From: the human T2T-CHM13v2.0 reference genome, Homo sapiens
Assembly: GCF_009914755.1 (NCBI RefSeq)
Contig: NC_060936.1
DNA: 64,000 nt
Direction: 5' to 3' (one strand)
Shown here piece after piece: positions 1-20,200 of the stretch. The position numbers were made by a program, and so were the translations under genes. The notes under the pieces were generated by a model that was not told the origin of the DNA, ran no database searches, and saw only the letters and a list, made by a program, of their open reading frames with translations. Position 1 is the stretch's first letter. Each line of letters starts with the position of its first letter.

Positions 1-572
1 AAAAACTCCCAAGGATGCATTTTATGTGATGTATATTTTACCACAATTAAAATAAAATTCCCAAGGGGTCACAGGACGCCTCCCCGCCTCTGCCACCATG
101 TTATGTCGCCGTGCGTGGGGCCCACGTCACAGGCGTGGGGCGTGGGTTCTGTGGTAGCTGTCTGTTCTCTCTCTGCTCCTGGCTCTTCTTTCCAGCTCTG
201 CGTTCTGCCTCTGCCAGGGCCGCCTGCAGGCCTTGCTTGCTTTTCAAAAATAACTCTTGAGTCTCTCACTGAGCTTGGGGGCTGCTTCCTGGGTGTCCCG
301 GGCTGTGTGTTAATCCTTCCAATGCAAAACTTCCTGAAGCTTAAGACTCTGGGCTGGGCGAGGGAACTGGTCACCAGTGTCGGGCTGAAGTAGCTCAGAT
401 ACTGACCTGCTGTTCCAGCACCTATGGTAAGGGCAGGTGGGTCCTTCCCAGTGACAGCAAGTCATTCATTCACTCATTAATTCAGATATTTATCAAGCAT
501 CCACTAGTGCCTATTGGCTGCTGAGCACACCCCCAGGTGGCCCCTGTTGGTTTCCCATTTGCTCCTCTTTGA

Positions 573-1107
<535 letters not shown>

Positions 1108-1204
1108 TCAAGGGATCCTCCTGCTTCAGCCTCTCAAAAGTGCTGGGATTACAGGCATGAGCCACCACGCCTGGCCAAATAGGGGCTCCTAAATTGGGGT
1201 GGCC

Positions 1205-1970
1205 ATCAGTCCCAGTGGGAAACAGATGGCAAGCTCAAACTGGGTGACTTAAGGAAGGCTGACTAAAGGGATCATTTAGATGTGGACAGGGTGTACAGAA
1301 ATCGCAGGAGACAGTGCAGTGCCGAGACTGGTTACAATGGGAGGGCTGTTACCTCCTTAGGCATGGCAGGAGCAGTTCCCACTAGCCAGAAAGTTATGTG
1401 GAGAGGGTCACTTTAAGAGAAGCTGTTGGCCAGATGAGGTGGCTCATGCCTGTAATCTGGGAGGCCGAGGTAGGTGGATCACTCGACATCAGGAGTTCGA
1501 GACCAGCCTGGCCAACATGGTGAAACCCTGTCTCTACTGAAAATACAAAATTAGCCAGGCGTGGTGGCACGTGCCTGTAGTCCCAGCTATTCAGGAGGCT
1601 GAGGCAGGAGAATCGCTTGAACCTAGGAGGTGGAGGTTGCAATGAGCCAAGGTTGCGCCACTGCCCTCCAGCCTGGGTGACAGAGCAAGACTCTGTCTAA
1701 AAAAAAAAAAAAAAAAGAAAGAAAAAAAAAAGAGAAGCTGTGACCTTCTGTTAACCAGCCTGAGGTGCCCTTCAGGAGGAAGCAGTTGCATAAATACCCT
1801 GAGTCACTCCACCTTCTCCCTTCAGTCTCCTCCCGGGGGCTCCTCCTTGCCCAAACCAGATTAGAAGCCAGGGGATATGGAAGGCTGTTGAGTCTGAACA
1901 GCTGAGTCTCCTTGGGCACACGGCAGGCTGGGGAAGTGCCCCAGATGGGCAAATGGAGGATATCGGACCT
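1205..1970. mobile_element. Old LTR-like element (LTR33/LTR41-like), split by an Alu at ~1428-1731
   Basis: Shares GAAACAGATGGC...TCAAA...AGTGCAGT...GGGCAAATGGA architecture with 27900-28385. Confidence 0.5.
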
Positions 1971-2049
1971 CTTCCCTGCTAGTAGTAATGGGGGTAGGAA
2001 TAGTAAGTGATAGAATATATACTTAATAAATATTAGCTATTATACTGGT

Positions 2050-4085
<2,036 letters not shown>

Positions 4086-4104
4086 GTTCTCAATAAATTA
4101 GCTA

Positions 4105-4293
<189 letters not shown>

Positions 4294-4296
4294 TCA

Positions 4297-4440
<144 letters not shown>

Positions 4441-4629
4441 TTAAGTCTCAAAACCCTATGGGGCTATCTAAAAAAACAAAAACAAAGATCCTATAAGAGA
4501 ATGATTATTATTATTACTTTACCATGAAAGAAAGTATTATTCTCTTTTCAGATGAGAAAATAGAGTCACAGAAAAGTGAAATAGCTTGCCCAAGATTGTA
4601 AACTAGGAAGTGGCAGAGCCAAGAATTGA

Positions 4630-4833
<204 letters not shown>

Positions 4834-4954
4834 TAGTAGAGATGGGGTTTCGCCATGTTGGTCAGGATGGTCTTGATCTCGATCTCGTGATCTGCCTGCC
4901 TTGGCCTCCCAAACTGCTGAGATTACAGGCGTGAGCCACCGTGCCTGGCCGTGA

Positions 4955-5188
<234 letters not shown>

Positions 5189-5624
5189 TGATCCACCTAC
5201 CTCAGCCTCCCAAAGTGCTGGGATTACAGGCGTCTTTGCAGTCCATCCTCCTGGCCCTGTTCTAGGTAATCACCCATCTGCTATCTGTCATTACATTCAA
5301 CTGATAAGAACAGTTACTGCCAGCACGGTAGCTCACACCTGTAATCTCAGCACTTTGGGAGGCTGAGACGGGCAGATAACCTGAGGTCAGAAGTTTGAGA
5401 CCAGCCTGGTTCAAACGATCCTCTTGCCTTAGCCTCCTGAGTAGCTGGGACTACAGGTGCGTGCCACCATGCCCAGCTAATTTCCTTTTCCTTTTTTTTT
5501 TTTGTAGAGATGGGGGTCTCACTATGTTGCCCAGGCTGGCCTCAAACTCCTGGCCTCAAGCAATTCTCCTGTCTTGGCCTCCCAAAGTGCTGGGATTACA
5601 GGTGTGAGCCACTGTGCCTGGCCT

Positions 5625-6143
5625 GATAATTACTTATTTTTTATTGCTCAATACTATTCCACCATATCAATATAACACAAGTCATTTATTCAGTTCTCTT
5701 GTTGAGCAACATTTGGGTTGTCTCTGGTTTGGGGCTCTTCTGACTAAAGCTGCTATGAAGTTCATGTATGCCTTTTGTGTGGACAGATAGTTTCATTTGT
5801 CTCAGGCAAATAGCTAGGAGAATTACTAGATCATATGGGAAGTGTATATTTAACTTTATAAGAAACTGCCAAACTTTTCCAATGTAATTGTGCCATTTTA
5901 CACTCCCACCAGCAGCTTATGAGAGCTCCAGTTGCTCCATGTCCTCACCAACACTTTGTATCATCAGTCTTGTTAATTTTAGCCATTCTAGTCTGTGTGT
6001 AGTGGTGACTTATTATGGTTTTAATTTGTACTCCCCTGCCAACTGAAGATATTGAGCATCTTTTCATCATGCTTATTTGCCATTTGTATGTCTTCTTCTG
6101 TAAAGTATTTGTTCAATTATTTAGCCTATTTTTTTTTACTGGG
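5625..6143 (-). mobile_element. Old L1M fragment (3' region), left flank of provirus
   Basis: Antisense L1 phrases (AGAAACTGCCAAAC, CACTCCCACCAGCAG, GAGCATCTTTTCAT...TTATTTGCCATTTGTATGTCTTC). Confidence 0.8.
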
Positions 6144-7047
<904 letters not shown>

Positions 7048-7084
7048 GAGGAACAGAATTTTAAGGATGGATTTTTTTAGTTGG

Positions 7085-9100
7085 TTTTGGGGTCTCTGGA
7101 GTTGGCTGCTTAATTTGATTAGACCCCAAAATGCTAAGGACTCTACTTCTAATAGTATGGAGAAGACTGATAGTCCTTGGCGTGAACTGTTTAGAAAGTT
7201 ATGCAAAATAGGGCCAGGCGCGGTGGCCTGTAATCCCAGTACTTTGGGAGGCCGAGGCGGGCGGATTATGAGGTCAAGAGATCGAGACCATCCTGGCCAA
7301 CATGGTGAAACCCCGTCTCTAATAAAAATACAGAAATTAGCTGGGTGTGGTGGCGCTTGCCTGTAGTCCCAGCTACATGGGAGGCTGAGGCAGGAGAATC
7401 GCTTGAACCCGGGAGACAGAGGTGCAGTGAGCAGAGATCCCGTCATTGCACTCCAGCCTGGTGATAGAGCGAGACTCTGTCTCAAAAAAAAAAAGTTATG
7501 CAAGATAAATGCTTTTGATACGCCTGATCCACCACTCATGAGAGGCGAGAGGCAAGGAGTTTAGTGACTCTATACATAATACCTTTGGCCATTTGTGGAG
7601 AACCAGGGAATATAATGAAGTTGGTTGATTGCTCCTAAGTTTGCTGGACAAAGTGACGAAAGAAAAGGATGAGCTCAGGGGTTCTAGCTCCCAGCTCCAG
7701 AAGCACATACTGAGCCTCAAGTCTTCTAAGATTGCCCTGAGTGAGAGTCTTATCTCCTGTAGACAAAGGGCTGAAATTGTGGAAAATCAGACACACACCC
7801 TTATCATGAGAGTGGCTGACCTGCAAGGAAAGGTGCACGCTCAGTCTCGCCAGGTATCTACTGTTAAAGTTAGGGCATTGATCGGAAAGGAATGGGGTCT
7901 GCAACTTGGAATGGGGACGTTTGGGAGGAACCTGATGAAGCCAGGGACACTGAGCATGTAAACGCTGATGAGCCTTTTTTGCCAGAGGAAACAGTCTCCC
8001 CACCCTTAGTGGTGACAACATCCCCTCCCCACCTATGCTATCATCAGCCTTTCCACCTTCGTCTAAGGAGATTAACCATGCACTGTCTGAGGCAACAGTG
8101 GTGGCCTCCCCTGAGGCAGTTGCCAGGCAAGACAATGCTGATTCTCCTCAGGACCCACCACCAACACCCCTGTTTGCTTCTAGACCTGTAACTAGACTCA
8201 ACTCCCGGCAGGCCCGTAGAAGTGAGGTTCAGAGTGTGACCCTCAAGGAGGTGTGCTGCACTGCAAAAGAACTGGTTGAGTTTTCTAACTTATATAAGCA
8301 AAAATCTGGAGAACAGGCATGGGAATGGATTTTAAGGGTGTGGGATAATGGTGGAAGGAACACAGAGTTGGATCCGGCTGAATTTATTGATATGGGCCCA
8401 CTAAGCAGGGGTCCTGCATTTAATGTTGCAGCTTGGGGAGTTAAAAAAGTGTTCTGTTTATTTGCTTGGTTAGCTGAAATAGGAATCAAAAGATGGCCCA
8501 CTGTGAGCGAGTTGGAAATGCCTGATCTCCCTTGGTTTAATATAGAGGAAGGGATCCAAAGGCTTAGGGAGATTGGGATGCTGGAGTGGATTAGTCACTT
8601 TAGACCTACTCATTCCAGCTGGGAGTGTCCAGAAGACATACCCTCTACCAATACTTTGTGAAATAGATTTGAGAGGGGAGCACCTGCATCCCTGAGGAGC
8701 CCTGTGATTGCTCTTCTCTGTATGCCAGATCTTACAGTGGGAACTGCAGTCACTCAATTAGAAAATTTAAATGCAACAGGAATAATTGGATCCTGAGGTG
8801 TCAGGGGCCAAGTGGCGGCACTCAACTGTCAGAGGCAAGGTGGGTATAGTTACCATAATGGACAGCAGAGGCAAAGCAGCAATCAGAATAGTCTGACTTA
8901 TGTAGAGCTCTGGCATTGGCTAATTAATCACGGTATTCCTAGAAATGAAATTGAGAGGAAGCCTACTGCATTCTTACTCAATTTGTATAAGCAGAAAACT
9001 TCCAGGTCAAGTGGACAAAAGACTAATTTGAATTATAAAAACAGAGAATCATGGCCCCTCAATCAATTTCCAGACTTGAACCAGTTTACAGACCCAGAAC
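7085..9100 (+). pseudogene. HERV-L gag remnant (stops, frameshifts, Alu-interrupted)
   Basis: Fragments such as VKVRALIGKEW / TWNGDVWE / LYKQKSGEQAWEWILRVWDNGGRN / RLREIGMLEWI, typical of ERVL gag. Boundaries approximate. Confidence 0.85.
7212..7494 (+). mobile_element. Alu inserted in HERV-L gag
   Basis: Sense Alu with poly-A, TSD AAAGTTATGCAA(A/G)ATA on both sides. Confidence 0.95.
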
Positions 9101-12030
9101 CCCTTGAATATAGGGGAGGCCAAGTCCCTTTGAGGAAGAACCCCACTACCTTTCTGACAATCTATACCATTAATCTTTCTTCCATCCTTCCCCAGGCAGA
9201 CCTCCCCACGGTAACTGTGCACTGGGGAAAGGGGAATGATCAGATTTTTGGGGGACTATGGGACACTGGCTCTGAGCTGACTGATTCCAGGGAACTCAAA
9301 ACACTGTGGTCTTCCAGTTAAAGTAGAGGCTTATGGAGGTCAGGTAATTCACGGAGTTTTAGCTCAGGTCCAACTTACAGTGGGTCCAGTGGGTCCCCGG
9401 ACTCATCCTGTGGTCATTTCCCCAACCAGAATGCATGATTGGCATAGACATACTTAGCAGCAGGCAGAACCCCCACGTTGGCTTCCTGACTGGTAGGATG
9501 AGGACTATTATAGTGGGAAAGGCCAAATGGAAGTCGTTAGAGCTGCCTCTACCTAGAAAAATGGTAAATCAAATACAACATTGCATCCCTGGAGGGACTG
9601 CAGAGATTAGTGCCACCAACAAGGACTTGAAAGATGCGGGGGTGGTGATTCCCACCACATCCCCATTTAACTCTCCTATTTGGCCTATGCAGAAGACAGA
9701 TGGATCTTGGAGAATGACAGTGGATTACTGTAAGCTTAACTAAGTGATGACTCCAGTTACAGCTGCTGTACCTGTACCAGATGTGGTTCCATTGCTTGAA
9801 CAAATTAACACGTCTCTTGGTACCTGGTATGCAGCCATTGATTTGGCAAGTGCCTTTGTCTCCATTCCTGTCCATAAGGCCCACGAGAAGCAATTTGCCT
9901 TCAGCTGGCAAGGCCAGCAATATACCTTCACTGTCCTGCCTCAGGGGTATATCAACTCTCTGGCTTTGTGTCATTATTTGGTTGGCAGAGATCTTGATCG
10001 TTTTTCCCTTCCACAAGATATCATACTGGTCCATTACATTGATGACATTATGCTGATTGGATCCAGTGAGCGAGAAATAGCAAACACACACAACTTGATG
10101 AGACATTTGCATGCCAAGGGATGGGAAATAAATCCAACTAAAATTCAGGGACCTTCTACCTCAGTAAAATTTCTAGGGGTCCAGTGGTGTGGGGCCCATT
10201 GAGATATCTCTTCTAAGGTGAAGGATAAGTTGCTGCATTTGGACCCTCTTACAACCAAGAAAGAGGCACAACGCCCCGTGGCTATTTGGATTTTGGAGAC
10301 AATACATTCTTCACTCGGGTTTGTTATTCTGGCCCATTTATTGAGTGAGCCGAAAGGCTGCCAGTTTTGAGTGGGGTTCAGTACAGGAGAAGGCTCTGCA
10401 ACAGGTCCAGGCTTCTGTGCAAGCTGCTCTGCCACTTGGGCCATATGACCCAGCAGATCCCGTGGCACTTGAGGTGTCAGTGGCAGACACGGATGCTGTT
10501 TGGAGCCTTTGGCAGGCTCCCATAGAAGAATCACAGTGGAGGCCTCTAGGATTTTGGAGCAAGGTCCTGACATGTTCTGCAGGTAACTACTTTCCTTTTG
10601 AGAGACAGCTCTTGACCTGTTACTGGGCTGTGGTAGAAACTGAACATTTGACGATGGGTTATCAAGTCACCAAGTGACCTGAACTGCCTGTCAAGAACTG
10701 GGTGCTCTCTGACCCATCTAGCCATAAAGTTGGGCATGCACAGCAGCATTCCATCATCAAATGGAAGTAGTATGTACATGATGGGGCTTGAGCAGGTCCT
10801 GAAGGCACAAGTAAGTTACATGAGGAAGTGGCTCAAATGCCCATGATCTCCACTCCTGCCACCCTGCCTTCTCTTCCCCAGCCTGCACTGATGGCCTCAT
10901 GGGGAGTTCCCTATGATCTGTTGACAGAGGAAGAGAACACTAGGGCCTGGTTTACAGATGGTTCTGCATGATATGCGGGCACCACCCCAAAGTGGACAGC
11001 TGCAGCACTATAGCCCCTTTCTAGGACATCCCTGAAGGACAGTGGTGAAGGGAAATCTTCCCAGTGGGCAGAACTTCAAGTGGTGTACCTGGTAGTGCAC
11101 TTTGCCTGGAAGGAGAAATGGCCAGATGTGTGATTATATACTGATTCATGGGCTGTGGCCAATGGTTTGGCTGGATGGTCAGGGACTTGGAAAAAGCATG
11201 ATTCAAAAATTGGTGACAAAGAAATTTGGGGAAGAAGTATGTAGATGGACCTCTCTGAGTGGTCAAAAACTGTGAAGATATTTGTATCCCAGGTGAATGC
11301 TCACCAAAGGGTGACCTCAGCAGAGTAGGACTTTAATAATCAAGTAGATAGGATGACTCATTTTGTGGACACCACTCAGCTTCTTTCCCCAGCCACCCCT
11401 GTCATCACCTAATGGGCCCATGAAAAAATTGGCCATGGTGGCAGGAATGGAGGTTATGCATGGGCTCAGCAACATGGACTTCCACTTACCAAGCTGACCT
11501 GGCTACAGCTACTGCTGAGTGCCCAATTTGCCAGCAGCAGAGACCAATACTGAGCCCTCGATATGGCAGCATTCCTCAGGGTGATCAGCCAGCTACCTGG
11601 AGGCAGGTTGACTATATTGAACCTCTTCTATCATGGAAAGGGCAGTGGTTTGTCCTCACCGGAATAGACACTCTGGATACGGTTTTGCCTATCCTGCATG
11701 CAATGCTTCCGCCAAGACTACCATCCATGGACTCACAGAGTGCCTTATCCACCGTCATGGTATTCCACACAGCATTACCTCTGACCACGGCACTCACTTT
11801 GCAGCTAAAGAAGTGTGGTAGTGGGCTCATGCTCATGGAATTCACTGGTCTTACCATGTTCCTCATTATCCCGAAGCAGCTGGATTGATAGAACAGTGGA
11901 ATGGCCTTTTGAAGTCACAATTACAGTGCCAACTAGGTGACAATAGTTTGCAGGCCTGGGGCAAAGTTCTCCAGAAGACCACGTATGCTCTGAATCAGTG
12001 TCCAATATATGGTACTGTTTCCCTCATAGC
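9100..12030 (+). pseudogene. HERV-L protease-RT-RNase H-integrase remnant
   Basis: Protease-like WDTGSELT (~9260). RT motifs [21 protein letters not shown] and YIDD. RNase H WFTDGSA (~10950). Integrase H..GH...CPIC, QVDYI and SDHGTHF. Multiple stops and frameshifts. Confidence 0.92.
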
Positions 12031-12079
12031 CAGGATTAATGGGTCCAGGGGTGGAAGTGGAAGTGGCACCAATCACCGA

Positions 12080-12430
12080 CACCCCTAGTGACCCACTAGC
12101 AAAATTTTTGCTTCTTGTTCCCGCAACATTATGTTCTGCTAGCCTAGAGGTCTTAGTTCCAGAGGGAGGAACACTGCCACCAGGAGACACAACAATGATT
12201 CCATTAAAGTGGAAGTTAAGATTGTCACCTGGATACTTTGGGCTCCTCCTGCCTCTAAGTCAACGGGCTAAGAAGAAAGTTACAGTATTGGCTGGGGCGA
12301 CTGACTCAGACTATCAAGATGAAATCAGTCTACTGCTCCACAATGGAGGTAAGGAAGAGTATGCGTGAAATACAGGAGATCCCAGAGGGCATCTCTTAGT
12401 ATTCCCGTGCCCTGTGATTAAGGTCAATGG
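12080..12430 (+). pseudogene. HERV-L dUTPase remnant downstream of integrase
   Basis: ORF 12039-12368: SASLEVLVP...GYFGLLLP...VTVLAGATDSDYQDEISLLLHN, resembling dUTPase motifs. A post-integrase dUTPase is characteristic of ERV-L. Confidence 0.85.
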
Positions 12431-12956
12431 GAAACTACAACAACCCAATCCAGGCAGGACTGCAAATGGCCCAGACCCTACAGGAATGAAGGTTTGGGTC
12501 ACTCCACCAGGTAAAAAAAACCACAACCCACTGAGGTGCTTGCTGAAGGCAAAGGGAATACAGTTTGGGTAGTAGAAGAAGGTAGTCATAATACAACTAC
12601 CACCACGTGACTGGTGGCAGAAACAAGGACTGTAATTGCATTGAATATTGAATATCCTCCTTATTTTGTTAAGAATATGTTTGTGCCTGTATACACTTGT
12701 ACTAAGAAAATGTCTTCATTTTATTTCCTTTCTTTTTCCTTTATCATGTGACGTAAGATTTACTGACTTCATATCAGCATTTAAGTGTTGTTAACTTTAT
12801 GTGATAGCATTTAGGGTAAGGATTAGCGTGCTTCCGGTTGTACAAAGGATAGCCATATTATGTTGGGTGTAATTATGACCTTATTATTGTCTTTATTTGA
12901 AGGTTATGTATGATTTCAGGAGATGTGTATGGGTTCAAGTTGACAAGGAGTGGACT

Positions 12957-13505
12957 TGTGTTGGTTAATATTGAGTGTCAACTTGATTGGATTGAAGTAT
13001 GCAAAGTTTTGTTCCTGGGTGTGTCTGAGAGTTTGTTGCCAAAGGAGATTAACATTTGAGTCAGTGGACTGCCAGAGGCAGACCCACCCTCAATCCGGGT
13101 GGGTGCCATCTAATCAGCTGCCAGTCTGGCTAGAATAAAGCAGGCAGAAGAAGGTGGAAGGAGCCCACTTGCTGAGTCTTCCAGCCTTCATCTTTCTCCC
13201 ATGCTGGATGCTTCCTGCCCTCGAACATCAGACTCCAAGTTCTTCAGCTTTTGGACTCTTGGACTTACACCAGTGATTTGCCGGGGGCTCTTGGGCCTTT
13301 GGCCACAGACTGAAGGCTGCACTGTGGGCTTCCCTACTTTTGAAGATTTGGGACTCGGACTGGCTTCCTTGCTCCTCGGCTTGCAGACGGCCTATTGTGG
13401 GACTTCACTTTGTGATCGTGTGAATCAATACTCCTTAATAAACTCCCCTTCATATATACATCTATCCTATTAGTTCTCTCCCTCTAGAGAACCCTGACTA
13501 ATACA
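12957..13505 (+). mobile_element. 3' LTR, MLT2A-type
   Basis: Direct repeat of 6144-6693, preceded by purine-rich GACAAGGAGTGGACT (PPT position). Confidence 0.9.
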
Positions 13506-15500
<1,995 letters not shown>

Positions 15501-15645
15501 AACCCAGATATATATTCTTTTTTTTTTTCTGTGCCTATGTTTACTCAGTTAACCCAGATGTATTCTTTTTTAAAAAAAGAAACCTGAGACAAGATTCACA
15601 TAACATACAATTATTTAAAAATGAACAGCCAGGCGTGGTGGCTCA

Positions 15646-15912
<267 letters not shown>

Positions 15913-16216
15913 CTAAATAAATAAGTATATAAATAAAATAAAAGTGAATGATTCAGCAAACACCACCTCTACCTAGTTCGAAAACACCTTTATCACCCCA
16001 AAGGAAACCGCACACACATTAAACAGTCAATCCCAATTTCTCTCTCCTCCCAGCCTCTGGCAACCTCTAATCTGCATTCTGTCTCTATGGATTTGCCTAT
16101 TCTGGACTCCTCATATAAATGGGATAATTTCATATGTGGCCTTTCATGTCTGGCTTCTTTCATTTAGCATCATGTTTTTGAGGTTCATCTGTGTTGTAGC
16201 ATGTGTCAACACTTAG

Positions 16217-16450
<234 letters not shown>

Positions 16451-16587
16451 TGAACTCCTGACCTCAAGTGATCTACCCACCTTGGCCTCCCAAAGTGCTG
16501 GGATTATGGGTGTGAGCCACTGTGCCTGGGCTACTTAGTTCATTTTCATGGCTGAATACTATTCCATCACTGTAGGGGTATACCAGG

Positions 16588-17283
<696 letters not shown>

Positions 17284-20200
17284 CCAGGCTAGAGTGCAGT
17301 GGCATAGACACAGTTCACTGCAGCCTTGACCTCCTGGGCTCAAGCGATCCTCCTGCCTCAGCCTCCTGAGTAGCTGGGACTACAAGCAAATGCCACCATG
17401 CCCAGCTAATTTGTTTTAATTTTTTTGTACAGATGGTGTTTCACTATGTTGCCTAGGTTGGTCTTGAACTTCTGGGCTCAAATGATCCTCTTGCCTCAGC
17501 CTCTCAAAGTATTGGGATTACAGGCGTGAGCCCCCTCGCTCGGCCCTAGGTATATTCTTAACCACTATTCTGTGCTGTCTCCCTATATGCCAGGTGCTGT
17601 GTTTAGTTCTGCACATACAGTGGAGAAGAACAGAGAACTGGTTTTGCTCAAACTGAACCCAAGTCTCTTCTGGAACTTAGTACTCTCTGTGGTGATTACG
17701 TATGTCCACCTCAGATCACACGGGGTCTTGTGAGGTCCTGCTCATTCATCTCCATAGCTCCAGTGTCTAGCCCAGTGCTGTTAGCTGAATAGATGAGTTT
17801 AATCTGAGAAGGCTTCATGGAGGAAGCAGCTTTGCTCAGAGCTAGAGGAGTTGAGCAGTTTCCTTCAGCCCACAGTGATTACTAACAACAGCCACCGTAT
17901 ATCAAGCACCTTCCTGTGCCACACGGTACGATGAGCATGTTAACCTCCCAGGGGCGTCCAGCCAGTGAGGGGCAGAGGACAACTTGAATTTGAACCCAGA
18001 TCCACAGCCCTAATGACTACCTTATACTACCCCTCCAAGCCTGGTTCCAAATTAGGGGTTGGGTCTTGCTACTCTGTATTCTTAATCCCCTGTTTCTCTT
18101 TAGCTAGGGACATTTGGATGGGACTAGAGAGTGACAAAATGATGGTCAATGTAGCAAAGCCCGGACTTGGGACACCTTGATGTCTTGGGAAAGACTTTTC
18201 ACTGCCTCCCCTGCCAGGTGCTTCAGACTCTGGGGGACAGTGCCTTTCTCCCTGTGCTTCGAATCCTCCTTTCCTCCTTCAGCCCTCTCTTCCCCCTCCT
18301 CCTTCCTTAGCCCCTCTAGTTCATCGGGCTGTGCCGGAATCTGTGGGGAAAGGAGCAGGATTTCAGCTAAATATAAACCAGGCTGTTCCAGTTTCCAAAT
18401 AGAACAAAGGAGCAGGGTGTTAAGTTGATTTTTATAAATAAAGAGAGAGGGAGTGAGAGAATATTTTTTCTAGATGTTTAATAAAATCGCCTTGGGAGAG
18501 GCAGGAAAATCACTGGGCTGCGGTGGGAGGGTTTGCAGGAGGAAGGGGAGGGGGAGGAGGGAGAGTGGGGGATGCTTCCTTCTTTCTGCAGGGATTCTTT
18601 TCCTTGGACCAGGGAGAGAAGGTGGTGCAGAGAGGGGTGGAGGAGAACGGGGAGGGGCATGAGTGTCCCTGGGAGGAAGAGGAGGAGGACAGGGAAGGCT
18701 TGTCATCATAATAGTTACTGCGCATTATAGAATAGTTCCTGCATATTGAGCACTTACTGTATGCCAAGTTTTATGCCAGATTACTGCATCATCTCACCAA
18801 ATGCGGTCAGGATTCTCGTCACTTGGAGCTCTGTGATCTAGCACCTGCCTACCTCTCTGACCTCATCTCCTCCCTCTCTCTCCCTAGCTCACTCTACTCC
18901 CACTACTGAGGCTCCACACACCAAACTCATCCCTTCCTCAAGGTCTGTGTACCTCCTAGGTCTCACAGTCAGCTCTTTGTCATCATTCAGGTCTCAGAAT
19001 AAATGTCACTTCCTTCCTGACCACCTTATGGAAAAGAGAGCCCACACCCAGGCCAGTCAGGATTACATTCCCTTGTTTCATTTTCTTCATTAAGATATCA
19101 TTTCCAAAACTATTCGCTTGCTTTGTTATGTCTCCCCGCTTCCCCTGCCAAAATGAAAGCCCTATGAAAGCAGAGACTTCGGCTGGATGTGGCGGCTCAT
19201 GCCTGTGGTCCCAGCTCCTTAGGATCGCTTGAGCCCAGGAGGTTGAGGCTGCAGTGAGCTGTGATCACACCACTGTACTCCAGCCTGGGTGACAGAGCAA
19301 GACGTTGTCTCAAAAAACAAACAAACAAACCCAGAGACTTTGTCTCTCTCCTTCACTGCGGTAAGGCCAGGACCTAGACCAGTACCTGGCACATGGTAGA
19401 TACTGCTTAGTATGTATTTGCTAGACGAATGGATAAGTGAATGAAGCTCAGAGAGGTGAAGGGACTTGCCTAAGGTCACATAACTAGGAAATGACAGAAT
19501 TCAGGAGGAAGCCCAAATTTGTCTGATCTCCAAATGCATGCTTTTTTTTTTTTTTCTGTTTTGTAAGGCTTCCAGCATGATGGAGGAGAGGATTGAAGGG
19601 GATCACTATTGAATCTTGGAATTTTGGGGGATGATCAGGCACAACCCCGGTAGTGGGTCAGTGAAGCCAAATGTTACCATCACCCTCATCCTTAAGCAAT
19701 GTGTGTATCATATAAAAATGGTTCCACAGACAGATCTCCTTTGTGGGGGCTATTCCATAGTGAGAGTTTTACCCAGTGCTACCCAAGGGAGAGCTAGTCT
19801 AGGTTTTGGGGAGGTGGCAGAGGGCTTCTCACCTTAGGAACTGGAAGAGATGGCTGGAGGAAGCACATATTGTACACCTCTACCTGCCCCGCCTTGCCAC
19901 TCCTTGAATCTTTACTCTTTTACCTCTGCACATAGTGGTGAGTCAGGAGTGTGTTGGGCTAAGTGGCTGCACAGGTCTCTGGGGCACCCAGTGATGTGAG
20001 TATGTCTTCCTGCTGACACCAGGTGCTGCCTCACCAGGGATATCCAAGGCATAACCTTGGACAAGTCATGTGGCTCCCTCGGTGTCTCATTGTCTTCCTG
20101 TGTAAGACAGGGCTGTTGAAGCTTGCTTGGCTATGAAGATTAGAAATGCTGTATTAGGCCAGGCACAGTGGCTCACACCTGTAATCCCAGCACTTTGGGA

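Noticed and set aside
8035-12368. Possible domesticated (intact) HERV-L gag, RT or dUTPase gene
   Set aside because: All frames are broken by stops, frameshifts and Alu insertions. The longest piece is 208 aa, and the dUTPase ends at a premature TGA with degenerate motifs.
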